From the human T2T-CHM13v2.0 reference genome, Homo sapiens: DNA of 64,000 nt. The notes beneath the pieces were generated by a model, which saw nothing but the letters and a program-made list of their open reading frames with translations, was not told where the DNA came from and did not search any database. A program made the translations under genes and the position numbers. Positions 11,095 through 24,099 of the stretch are shown here, piece by piece; the stretch's first letter is position 1; every line of letters begins with the position of its first letter. The DNA is taken from assembly GCF_009914755.1 (NCBI RefSeq), contig NC_060926.1; one strand, given 5' to 3'.

Positions 11095-12840
11095 TCTCTT
11101 TATAATTTATTTTGAAGCAAATTTAAACTAAGAGAACATTTGCAAGAAGAATACAAAGAACTCCCGGATCTCCTTTACCCAGCTTCCGCAATTGTTTATA
11201 CTTTACCACATTTGCCCCATGTCTCATTCCTTGTAAATATATACAACACATGATTATCATTCTTATTTTTCTGAATAATATGGTCAACGTTATCCCTGCC
11301 TCCTTAAATACTACAGTGTGTATTTTCCAAAAACAAGGACAGTTTCCAACATGACTGCCATGCAATCATCCCAAACAGGAAATCTACACTGATGCATCAC
11401 TATAATCCAAACCTGAAATCCAGTCACATTTTTTCCAGTGACCCTGATTAGAGCTCTTCTCCCTTTCTGGTCAAGAATGCCAGTCAAAATCAAGCTTTGC
11501 ATTTGGATCTGATGTCGCTTTAGTCTCCTTCAATCTGGAAAAGTTCTGCAGCTGTTTTCCTGCCTTTTATGTCCTTGATGGTTTTAAAGAGTAGAGATCT
11601 TTTGTTCTGGAGGATGTCTCTCAGGTGGCACAATGATCCTTCCCACAAGAGGTGATGTAAACATCAGGTTGGTGTCTGCCAGGTTTTTCACCCTAAAGTC
11701 ACGGTTTTCTCCTTTGTAAATGATAAGTATTTTGTGGGAAGATACACCACATCTAAACCAATGGTGGCTTAGTCATGTGTTAACTTGGCTAGACTGAATG
11801 TTTCAAGAATGTTTCAAGTTAGTCTGGGCCACAACGACCTTCTTGTGGGCAATTAAGAGGGTGGAAGTAAAGCTGCACCCATTCTGTTATCTCTCACGTT
11901 GGTCACTCACCCACTGGCCTAGCTCATTGGTGCGCAGGAGCCAGGACTGCAACTGCTCACCTCTTCCTGATTTCCTTTTCGGCTTCTCTGACCTGCGAGC
12001 CAGGTAGGAGGGCCCTGACTTCTGCAGGACATCCATACCATCAAAGGCAGAAGCAACAAGAACTGACACAGGTTTCAGTTCATCTTCTGATCTGCAGCTT
12101 ATGCTTGTGAATTTCAGCTTGCTCTGCTTGCCACTCAGTTTACATCTATTTCCCTTTGCCTACTGCCTACACTTTGGACTTCAAAGCTCCAACATCACAG
12201 AGACAACAGCTTGCTTAAATCGCTTGACTGACTTTCATAATTGCAGAAGGCTAAGTGCCTGTCAAAAATCATATATATGTCTATGTTTTTATATATAAAT
12301 ATTTGCTATATGTAATCTTTTTATGACTCTGTTTTCCTGCTTGGACCATGACTGATGTACTGCTTTCTGTCAAGTCTCCATGCCAAAGTCTTAGCATCCA
12401 TTTATACCTCCCATCGAATCAATTATGACTATGATGGTTATCAAATGGTGAGTTTTCTATATTCATAACTCCTTCAAAATGTATTGGTATTCTTTTGGAA
12501 GGAAGAACTATCATTTCTCCCTAATCTATTTGTCTCTTCATTCATTTATATAAAATAGACTTATGAATTGATATTTTAATGGGTCACAAACCATTATTCA
12601 TTATTGATTTTGCTGCTCAGGTGGTCTTTGAGTTGGCCAGCAGAAGTCCCCTCCAATCTAGTCCAATGTCTCTTTGGATATATCCCCTCATTTTTTGAAT
12701 ATTTCCTTCCTTTGTAACACAAATATATGTTTATGGATCTTTTTGTTAATTCTCTGATTTAGCCCCAGAATCAGCTATTTTTCCAAGGGACACTCTTTCT
12801 TTTAGTGGAGGATGGTATTCAGAAACCAAGCCAAAAATCT
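11095..12840 (-). mobile_element. L1MC4-like 3' region, interrupted by LTR41
   Basis: atttgcaagaagaatacaaagaactccc...tttaccacatttgcc; gtgtattttccaaaaacaaggaca; resumes at ~12360 to cttttagtggaggatggtattcagaaaccaag. Confidence 0.75.
11761..12359 (+). mobile_element. ERVL solo LTR (LTR41-like)
   Basis: tggtggcttagtcatgtgttaacttggctagactgaa...gggccacaa...gagggtggaagtaaagctgca; ends accatgactgatgta. Confidence 0.75.
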
Positions 12841-12889
12841 TGAACTTCCTGTTTTATCCCTATCTTTGATCTTCTCTGTTACAAACTAC

Positions 12890-13399
12890 GTATTCGTTTT
12901 CAATTACCACACTACAAATCACTATAAACTTAGCATCTTAAAACAATGCAAATTTATTATCTCTCAGTTTCCACAGATCAGGAGTCAGGGCACTGGTTGG
13001 CACTCAGGGTGTCACAGGCTGTCATCAAAATTCCCACTGGGCTGCAATCTCAAGTGAGGCTTGGGGCCCCCCTCCAAGCTCCTTTAGATTTTTGGTAAAA
13101 TTTGGATCTTTGTGATTGTAGGGCTGAGGTCCCTATTAACTGGGGTTATGCTCAGTATCTAGTGGCCATCCACCCTCAGGTCCTGGCCATGTGGCCCTCC
13201 TACAACATGGCCAGCAGAAAAATTTCCCTTCAGTGTGCTATGAGGAAATCTTACACAATAAATATACTGTAGTCATGAGAATAAGTATCCCATCATAGTC
13301 ACAGGTCCTGTTCACACTCAAGGGCAGGAGATTATACAAGGCATGCATAATGTCAGGGGCAGGAATCTTAGAGGCCACTGTAGAATTGTGTCTAGCACA
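12890..13399 (-). mobile_element. MaLR solo LTR (MLT1E/F-like)
   Basis: aaacttagcatcttaaaacaatgcaaatttattatctctcagtttc...gggcaggagattatacaagg...agaattgtgtctagcaca. Confidence 0.8.
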
Positions 13400-14150
13400 A
13401 ACCATCAGCAATCTGTGGGGTCTTACATCTGATACATGCTCAAATCCAGACTCTTCTCTGCATTTCTACGGCTAGCTTTCCAGCCCACACTACTTCCATC
13501 TCTCTTCTTTATTCTGATAGTTTCCCTATCTCCATCCCTCCACTTTTGCTTCCCTGTGCCGTCACCTAAAACTAACCAGAGTGATCATTAAAAACTACCT
13601 AAGATGATGCCTTTAACCTTCTTAAAATCTTCAACAATGTCCTACTGCATTCAAAACCAAATCCACAATTCTTCCCACAGCTTCCACATTTTCAGTCCCT
13701 ACTGGCCTCTTATAATAACTTCCTTTTGCTCCCTGTGCAACAGCCACCATAGCCCATGTATTTTCCTATGTCTCAAATGAGCCAAAGTTGTTTCTTCCCT
13801 ATACCTTTGCACATCCTCTGAAGTACTTGGTCCTTGCACTGAACAAATTTAGTTGGTTATTTGCATCTCAGTTCACATGTCACTTCTCTAGAAAAGTCTT
13901 TCTGACAGTGTAAAGTGACATCATTCACTTAGTCACTCTGAATTACATCAGCCTATTTGTTTTCTTCATAGTGCTTATCAGAAAGTATATTCTTTATCTG
14001 TTTACTTCTATATCATTTGCCTGTCCCAAGTAGAATGTTTGCTCCATGAGGCCAGAGACCATGTTTATTTTATTCACTGGTGTATTGCCACTACCTAGTA
14101 CAGTATTGTTTCATGCTAAGCAGATGCTTAATAGATAATGGTAGTGAATG
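13400..14150 (+). mobile_element. L2a 3' part (an upstream piece probably lies at ~10860-11090)
   Basis: ccagagtgatcatt...acctttgcacat...agaatgtttgctccatgaggccagagacc...ttcactggtgtatt...gtgaatg. Confidence 0.8.
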
Positions 14151-14534
14151 GGTCTCATGAGACTTACGTACTACATAGAAAAATTAAAATTAGGGAAGAT
14201 GTTACTTATAAGGACTAAAACTCTGAGGTCATTTTTGTAAGTGGAAAATTATACATGCATATATATGTATACACACATACTTTAAATTATTTGTCTAAAA
14301 GTAAAATATTTAAATATTTAAGAATAATATTAAATTATTCCACTTGATAATATTAAAATCCCTCTTGGACTCTGGAAGGAAGGCATCAATACAGAAAGAA
14401 ATTTTGTCACCCCTTTTCTCATTGGTGGCCTGACATTTTTGCAATGAATATCTGGCAATCATTTCCTACAGTGAATTAATGTTCTGCTTCAGAAATTTAG
14501 CTTATCATCGTTAGCAACAATAATAAAAATCCTA

Positions 14535-14700
14535 GCCAGGTGATCGTCACATGCCTGTAATCCCAGCTACTCAGGAAGCTGAGGTGGAAGGATCACTTAA
14601 GTCCAGGAGTTCAAGGCTATAGTGAACCATAATTGCATCACTGTACTCCATCCAGCCTGGCTGACACAGTGAGACCCCATCTCAAAAAAATAATAATAAT
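14535..14700 (+). mobile_element. Alu monomer (FRAM-like)
   Basis: gccaggtg...cctgtaatcccagctactcagg...gctatagtgaacc...gtgagaccccatctcaaaaaaa; possible TSD taaaaatc. Confidence 0.85.
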
Positions 14701-17067
14701 TTTTAAAAATCTATATTCCAGAGACTCAATAGGTGGAAATCTCTTAATAGCTTTGAATTCTTTTGCCACCAGCAACAAATAAATCAAACCTCTCAGAAGG
14801 GATCCCTCTCTATCTTATTGTGACATCTCAGTAGAGGGGATACAGTGGGCTTGGTTGCTAGCTCCTGTGTGAGGTTACAGTCGCAAGGGTCCTGCACCAA
14901 GAGGAAGGAATGTGGTTAATTCGCCTTGAATATGATCTTTGAGAGCTTTACCTGGGGTGGCTTCCCGCGATCCAAATCATTCTAGTATCCCCCAGGTATT
15001 TCCTTGCAGTCCTTCAGAACCTGACTGAAAACAATATTCATGATGACATTTTCTGTGCCCCGTTTGCAAACTTAAACTACTATATACAGTTTAAGAAATT
15101 TTAGAGCCACTGGCTAAAGGGCTAAAATGTAACAGGAATGCTTAGAAACTGTATGCTTGATGTGTTTTACAGTGTTTTTGGTCTTTAGTTTTGATTGGAT
15201 TGTTTTACTGAAACATGAAGGGCATTTAGAAGGCAAGAAAGTGAATAGGATACATTTGCAACAATATGCCCTAAAGCAACATCTTAATGTCAGAAGTAAA
15301 TTATAACAACTTACATTACTGATGACATACATTATAATTCAAAGCCAGAGGAACTACATCAAGGTTGTTCTCACTATGATATAAAAAGGTTTTCTTTGTA
15401 TCTTTTGCAGCCAGACAAAGACCTTTATTGATGAAAATGGTATTAGCAAAAGGTAATAGAAGAAAATACGTATCTTCTGTAAGGCATGAAACAGTTTTTT
15501 CTGAAGTTTCCCAATGATTTTGCATCAATTTCACTGAAAAATGTTTTTTATTTCGTAGACAATGTGGAATGGGTTTCTTCCAATGTTATATATGTTCCTC
15601 CCAAGATATCAAGAGGAAGTATATCTAGAGTTTGACTTGATCCATTTCTGATGTATTCCATTGATAATAGCACAAGCAGTGATGACAGTTAAAGAATAAT
15701 GCTTGTGACTATTACAACTGTTAGAAGACTATGTTATTTAGATATATGTGTTTACATAGTCTTTAGCCCCTTAAATGAAAAAAATTTTTTGCATAGTCTT
15801 CCTGGTCATGTTTGTATTGACATTCAAATTTTTAAATATCTAATTCAGAGCCTGAGTTAGCTTTCAAAGTATTAGCAAAGTAGTTAATTTATAAAACTTT
15901 ATTATTACTATAAACATATTAAAATGTTATGAGGCCACATGTTCAGACAAAAACCCTGGAGACATTACAGAATTATTGTTCGATGAAAACAGTAAACCAT
16001 GCATTTTTAGTTATAGAGTATGCCGAGTCTAACAATCATAGCTTTGATAGGTGTAAGAACCCAATGAGATATTCGACATCAATTAAATATATTTGGTAAT
16101 TGCCAAATCTCTGTTACTGAGGCCACTTATTTTTCTTCTATGAGTGCATGTGTATATGTGCATGCATGTTCATGATGCAGCTGAGTGACACCAGGGTATC
16201 AGGCACACCTAAAGTGCTGAGGGTTCAGTGAAGCATTTTAGCCAGGACAGACTCAACCGTCCTCATGCAGCCTTGGCTTCAACTGAACACTATGGCTTGA
16301 AAGCTTAAGGAAAATCCATCACTTTTTTTTTAATTTGATTGTACTAGCCCAACTGTCCCATCACTTTGCCAACTCCTGCTGGTATTCCCAGGACCCAAGA
16401 AAGAATCCTGGATTTCAGACCAGAAAGAAATTTGGAAATCATCTAGAACACTGGTGGCACCTATGGTGGTGCATCTTCAGGAGTGAACCAACCAATAATA
16501 ACCATCTACTCAAATATTATGAATTCATGTAATAATGACTAGATTATGCCTGTAGGTATGCTGGTATCATTGGTTTTCTGGAAAACTCAGAAAAGAGAAT
16601 GTACTCTTTTATTTGTTTTTTTCACTGATCTAAGGACATCTTTAGTTACAAGAGGATAGGAGAGATGAAGTTTGTTTATGTCTGTGATGATGTGCCTTTG
16701 ACATTAAACAGACTCAGATCCATGCACAGGAATGAAGTAGCAATTACATGACTGTTGAAAAGAAAATGTGTTGGTTGGGGCTTGTAGCCCATCTCATGAA
16801 ATATCAGGATGAAGCAGCCTCTGAGTGCTTTGAAATGATATTAGGTAAGGCAGCATTATCTAAATGAAAAGGCCAGATTAGAGTCAGGAGGATGGGTCTA
16901 GCAGAAAATGTATTAAGACCACCCAATATTTGTGGAACATCATTACCTTCACATATGTACTTTAAAGATAGAAAGGGCAGGTATTATTAAGCTACCTTTC
17001 TAATGAGGAACCTGAAGCCCATGCTTACTGACTTATGATAACATAGTCAATGAAAACTAACTTTCCT

Positions 17068-18233
<1,166 letters not shown>

Positions 18234-18612
18234 TGGCACATATACACCATGGAATACTATGCAGCCATAAAAAAGGATGAGTTCATGTCCTTTGTAGGGA
18301 CATGGATGAAGCTGGAAACCACCATTCTCAGCAAATTATCACAGGGACAAAAAACCAAACACCGCACATTCTCACTCATAGGTGGGAATCGAACAATGAG
18401 AACACTTGGACACCGGGTGGGGAACATCACACACCAGGGCCTGTCATGGGGTGGGGGGAACGGGGAGGGATAGCATTAGGAGATATACCTAATGTAAATG
18501 AAGAGTTAATGGGTGCAGCACACCACCATGGCACATGTATACAAATGTAACAAACCTGCACGTTGTGCACATGTACCCTAGAACTTAAAGTATAATAAAA
18601 AAAAATAATAAA
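18234..18612 (+). mobile_element. L1PA4-like insertion, non-inverted ORF2 end, 3'UTR and first poly(A)
   Basis: MEYYAAIKKDEFMSFVGTWMKLET...SLIGGN; 3'UTR gcattaggagatatacctaatgtaaatg...gtaccctagaacttaaagtataataaaa (L1PA4/5-type diagnostics). Confidence 0.93.
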
Positions 18613-18745
18613 TGAAATGGTAAAATTGAAAAAAAGATATAAAACTAGATAAAAGTGTCTGCTTGTAACAATTCTATTGTAAATGGAATATATTTTCAGA
18701 ACATTCATTTAAGCAAATATAACATAATTTTAATGTAAAAAAAAA
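18613..18745 (+). other. L1-mediated 3' transduced sequence plus second poly(A)
   Basis: ~124 bp of non-L1 sequence between the L1 tail and A9 (18737-18745), followed by the second TSD copy (18746-18761); AATATA at 18716-18721. Confidence 0.85.
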
Positions 18746-19159
18746 GAAAACTAACTTTCCTACTATGTGCATAGCCTCACATGTTCTGTAGAAAATACAT
18801 ACTTCCTAAACTGGAGGCACTTGTGATGTAAGGCAGGGCACAACACTATCTGTTTGTAAGGGACTGTAAAATGATCTGGGCCAATGTCTCCAAGTGATTT
18901 ATTAATCTACACACAGACATGGGATTTTGGGTTGTTGCAATGTTTTTCTTTACATTGAGCCACAATTGGGTTTGACATGAACATGCAGTTTGAGTATTAT
19001 TATACACTCAATGCAGTGACCTTATGCAATGACCAGGGACCAAGGCTTTTCTGCCAAAAGATTTGGACATCATTACTGGTTCTTCCTTAAAATCTGTGCT
19101 ATAGGCAGCTACAGTCATCCACTGTGCTAAAACTTGCCATACTTGATTGTACAAGTATT

Positions 19160-19575
19160 TGCTATGGTTTGAATGTGTCCCCTAAATTATAAGTGTTGAA
19201 AACTGATCTCCAATGTGACATTGTGGAAAGATGGGGCCGCTAAGAGTTTATTGGATAATGAGGGCTCTGTCTCATGAATGGATTAGTGGGTTAATGAATT
19301 AATAGCTTATCCTGGAAATGGAACTGATGCATTTATAAGAAATGGAAGACCTGAGCAAGTATGCCCTCACTCTCAGCCTTCTCACTATGTGATGCTCTTG
19401 CTACCCTGGGACTCTGTAGAGAGACCCCACCAGAAAGAAGGCCCTCACCAGGAGCCAATCCATGCCCTTGGATTTCCCAGCCTCCAGAATTGCAAGAAAT
19501 ACAACTCTTTTCTTTATTAATTACCCTGTTTCAGGTATTCTGTTATAAGCAACACAAAATGACTGTTATAAGACA
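19160..19575 (+). mobile_element. MaLR solo LTR (MSTC/MSTD-like)
   Basis: TG...CA ends (tgctatggtttgaatgtgtcccc...taagaca) with perfect 5-bp TSD GTATT (19155-19159, 19576-19580). Confidence 0.92.
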
Positions 19576-20224
19576 GTATTGAATGAGGTCATGAAACTGA
19601 AATTGATTTATTAGTTCTAGCATTCTAGATGGATACTTGTAATTATTGTAATTATTTTAAAGCTGAAATCATCAAGAAAAAAGATGATAATGAAATTCCA
19701 AACTAGAATTTTTGGATATTTTAACATTTTGCAGTCTTGTAATTCCCTATAATCAATAAAGCGAGTGAGACTGGTCTCTTCATCAGTATTTATGATGAAA
19801 TTCTTAAAATCCATGTGGAAATACCAATTGTGTCTTAAATAAGAAGAAATACCTATTATTTTTATGTGACATAATATTTCCCATATGACCTCAGTTTTTC
19901 TCTGTTCATTAAAAGTTTATCTTACTGCCATTAAAGCCTGCCACCCCCCAAACCAAAAGTATGAAAATTAAATTTTAAAATTATTTTACCTATAACACTG
20001 AATTTCTTCACAATCATTCAAAGAAACTAATCAAATTGGGTTTTATTCAGAATATTGTTATAAAAGATTAAATGGCAGTAAAGAAAATTTGCTTTTCTAT
20101 CGTAACTAATACAGGATCTAATTACAGGATCTTATTATACTTTAGATTAAAAAGTTTGCAGGTTGATTCTATAATTGAGCTTTTTTTCAGTTTTACCCAA
20201 GAAAGAAAAATAATGCATTATGTT

Positions 20225-20440
20225 TGCATAACACCTTATAAAGTATGATGCAGTTTTATGTGTTATTTGATCTCTGCATAATAACTCTGGGAAGGTGAAG
20301 AACAGGCATAGAGGTGGATGTTTCAGCTAAGAAAGTTCAAGAGGTTTGCCCCGGGCTGCACTCTTTTCAAGCAAGTATCAGGGCTTCTTCTTAAGCCAAG
20401 CACTTCTGACCTCAAAGTCTATGTTCTTCATCTCACAGCA
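20225..20440 (-). mobile_element. MIR fragment
   Basis: ttatttgatctctgcataataactctgggaaggt...aagttcaagaggtttgccccgggctgcac...ttctgacctcaaagtc. Confidence 0.55.
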
Positions 20441-21011
20441 TGATCAGTGTCTCTCACACATCATGTTCCTGCCATGGTACCTGTGATTTTCCTTGTTTGG
20501 AAGACTTTGTCTGGGAATTAGGTTTTTATTACACTGTTTTGATTATACTGTAGGTCACTTGTTCTCTCTGTAACTTCACTGACTCAAATTGTAATACGTC
20601 TGGTGCCACACTGGCTCTAGAAATATCAGTAGCTGTATCATTCAAAACCAGTGAAATAAAAGGATTTTTCTGTTTCAAACACATAAAACGCAAAACATAG
20701 TCTTCTTGCTGAAGAATTGTTTGCTACGTGTAATCTAATCAGAAAATAACTATACCTTAAATTTAATGAGGAACAATTTTTTAATTCTTCTGGTTTTTGT
20801 TTATAAATGTTAAAACGTACCACATGACTATTTTCTGCTAAGCTATTAAGGACTTGGAACTTCTGCTTTCTTCTGTGCTAATACAGACCAAGATATTATA
20901 ATTGATGTCCTTAGCCAGTCATCTGAAAAGGTCATGATATTTTCATGAATTCATCTCTAAGTCTTTGACTTCCTTTGCTAGAACCTGCATGCCTTCCCAC
21001 CTCCTCAAACC

Positions 21012-21043
<32 letters not shown>

Positions 21044-22565
21044 ACAAAACTAGCCAGTGAATGTTCTGGTATATTCTGGTAAATAAAGTTTTGTGTTTTT
21101 TCTTCCTATCTCTTGTCATTAACTTCTATATCAGTAATAATCAAATATATTTGTATTCTGGAAACTATTTCTCTCTGTGTGTATGCAACAAATTCTGTTG
21201 AGAATGAACAAGAATTAAGTTTAATAATAAAGAATCTTATAAAGTGCTTTATTTCCATTTATCTGGGCATAGCTGTGGCTCTTTCTTGGGGAGGCAGGTG
21301 AAAGTGAAGGGTTTTTAAAGGGGTCTGATAGAGAATGTGAAGTTGATTCATTTAGCCAGATTAGGGTCCACTCATAGCTTTCATCAACTTTCTGGTAGAC
21401 ATCTCCATGTGCATAGGTCTCATTTTTTGTCCTAGTTTTTTTTTTAACCATTTAATCTTAAGGAAAGGACCAATGTATTCTGAAAAAAATGTTATGGATA
21501 ATGAAATATGGAGTTACTAATAGGTTTTTACTATTTGGGGTGATGGGTACGGTTTCCTACTCATGTTCCAAGGACTTTGAAAGGAGCAGAGTCTGCTTCT
21601 ATATGGCAATAAAGTCATCATGTCCAAGTGGTTGATTTTCTGTTTTATTTTAAATACTCCTTCTAGGTCTTTCCACATGAAGAAAGCTCATTTGATGGAA
21701 ATACTTAACAAGTTATTTACATTGTTAATGGGTTGCTGATAAATTTTATTATCAAAATCAGACTCAGAAGCAATGCTACAATGATCAAGATTATGACCAA
21801 TTTTTATTTAAAGTTACTATAAAGTGTATTATTCTGAACATTAACTACTACATTCCATGGCACATAGTATAATTAATTAATTGCTACATGTATTGTTTAC
21901 AAAGAACTTCCTTATATGTGTTTCAGTTAATAGTCATAACAAGCCAAGAAAACTTGTGGCACAAAGTTGAATGAACAGTGTGATGGGAATATCACCAGAA
22001 CCCACGTTAGCTGTGCTTAGCTGTACTTATTTACATGCCTTTGTCTAGCTACTGTGTTATTATAGATCAGATATTGATTGTAGTAGGTTTATTCATATAT
22101 TTATTCATTTGAGTGAATGTCCATTATGAAAACAAGATTTTCCCCTCTGAAATCTCTAGTTTGATCCAACACATGCAATGTGATTATGTGGATATACTCA
22201 GGACATAGTATCATTCAAAACCAGTGAAATATAAGGAGCCAAATCATCAGGTGTATTGAAGAGGACCCTCTTTCACTGTAGGAAGACCCTAACCTACTGT
22301 GACTGGCCGTTGCAAAAATCAAACACAAATCTTCCAAATTTTGAAAAGCTGGTCCAGATTGGAAAAATATACCTTTAAAGTTGTATAAGTTGTATTTGCC
22401 CAATTCTACCAAACTACTCTCCCTTAGAACCTACCAGTTACAGCATTCTTGAATTTGCAGTTGAGTGGCAAAAAAAATATTATCTTAAAAGGCAAGTAAA
22501 GATTATTTCCTCATGAAACTCTACTTTCAGTCGACTTAAAGTGAGCCCTTCTCATCCATTTTCAA

Positions 22566-22611
22566 TTAGGTTGGTGCAAAAGTATATGCGGTTTTTGCCA
22601 TTACTTTTAAT
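22566..22611. mobile_element. Half MADE1 (Hsmar1-derived MITE, one TIR arm)
   Basis: ttaggttggtgcaaaagtatatgcggtttttgccattacttttaat matches one arm plus the centre of MADE1. Confidence 0.9.
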
Positions 22612-22988
22612 TACTAGTTACTTATTGAGCCATAAGGGCCAGACATAAAAGTCAACCTCTGAAATACACATTCTTGTCTACTTTGGGGAAAATGTGAGTA
22701 CATATCACTGTATATAGTATCTGTGTACATGTGTTTATTAAAATGACCAAAAAATGTATTAAATTTTACAAAAGGAATGCACGTACATAATTTTAGAAAG
22801 GAAATTGTACTCTTAGGTTTTCATTAAGAGTGAGCAGTATCTTCTTTTTCCCCAATCCTGCTCCCCAAAGACTGCTATTTTTCACCCTAGATGTGTTTTC
22901 TGCTATTTATATGTTTCTGCTAAAATATAATCATTAAATTGCAATTCTTTATTTTGTTAATTTTAGAATCTATTTTTACAGCTTTATT

Positions 22989-23283
22989 TATTTATTTATT
23001 TGAGACAGAATCTCTCTCTGTTGCCCAGGCTGGAGTGCAGAAGCACGACCTCGGCTCACTGCAACTTCCGCCTCCTGGATTCAAGTGATTCTCATGTCTC
23101 AGCCTCCAGAGTATCTAGGATTACAGCCATGAGTTACCATGTATGGCTAATTTTTTTGTATTTTTAGTAGAAATGGGGTTTTGCCATGTTTGCCAGGCTA
23201 GTCCAACTCCTGGCCTCAAGTGATCCACCTGCCTTGGCCTCCCACAATGCTGGGATTCCAGGCGTGAGCCACCACACCTGGCC
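22989..23283 (-). mobile_element. Alu (AluJb/Sz-like), full length
   Basis: Dimeric Alu with (TTTA)n tail; TSD tattttt(a/g)cagctttatt at 22971-22988 and 23284-23301. Confidence 0.95.
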
Positions 23284-23755
23284 TATTTTTGCAGCTTTAT
23301 TAAGGTATAATTAATATATGATAAGCCACACATATTTAAAGTTTACAATTTAATACATTTTGACATATATATATACACATACATATACCCATAAAATAAT
23401 CACCTCAGTGAAGATAATGAACATTCCCATCATCCCCAAAGGCTTTTTCATGCCTCTTTGAAACCCAGTCTTTCCTCCATACCTCCCTTATTCCCAGACC
23501 CATGTAACCATTGGTCTACTTTCTATCACTAAACGTTAGTTTATTCTTCCTAGAGATTTCTATAAATTGAATCATATTTTATGTAAGTTTGTTCAATATT
23601 TTTTCATTCAGTATAATATTTTGATATCCATTCAGGTTGAGCATAAATCAAGTTTATTGATTTTTGACTATTATTCCATTATAAGGATATATCACTATTT
23701 AATTTATCCATTCAACTATTTGTTGATGGGCATTTAGCTATTAAAAAGTAAGCTA
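23284..23755 (-). mobile_element. Old L1 3' end (L1MC/L1MD-like)
   Basis: cagctttattaaggtataatt...acatatttaaagtttacaattt...catccccaaag...tttatccattca...gttgatgggcattt. Confidence 0.8.
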
Positions 23756-23756
23756 G

Positions 23757-24048
23757 GGCCAGGTGCAGTGGCTCACACCTCTAATCCTGACACACTGGGA
23801 AGCCAAGACAGGAAGATGGCTTGAGGCCAGGAATTTGAGAACAGCCTGGGCAAGAAAGCAAGAGCCTGTCTCTACAAAAAATTTAAAAAGGAAAAATAGC
23901 TGGGCATGGTGGCATGCACCTATGGTAGCTACTCAAGAGGCTGAAGTGGGAGGATCACTTGAGCCTGGGATTTTGAGGCTGTAGTGAGCTATCGTCGGGC
24001 CACTGCACTCCAGCCTGGGTAACAGAGCAAGACTCCATATCAAAAAAA
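23757..24048 (+). mobile_element. AluJ (AluJo-like), full length
   Basis: ggccaggtgcagtggctcacacc...gaggctgtagtgagctat...; TSD aaaaagtaagct at 23743-23754 and 24049-24060. Confidence 0.95.
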
Positions 24049-24099
24049 AAAAAGTAAGCTGCTATGAGCAGTTGTTTGATATTATATTTTGGCTTCTTA

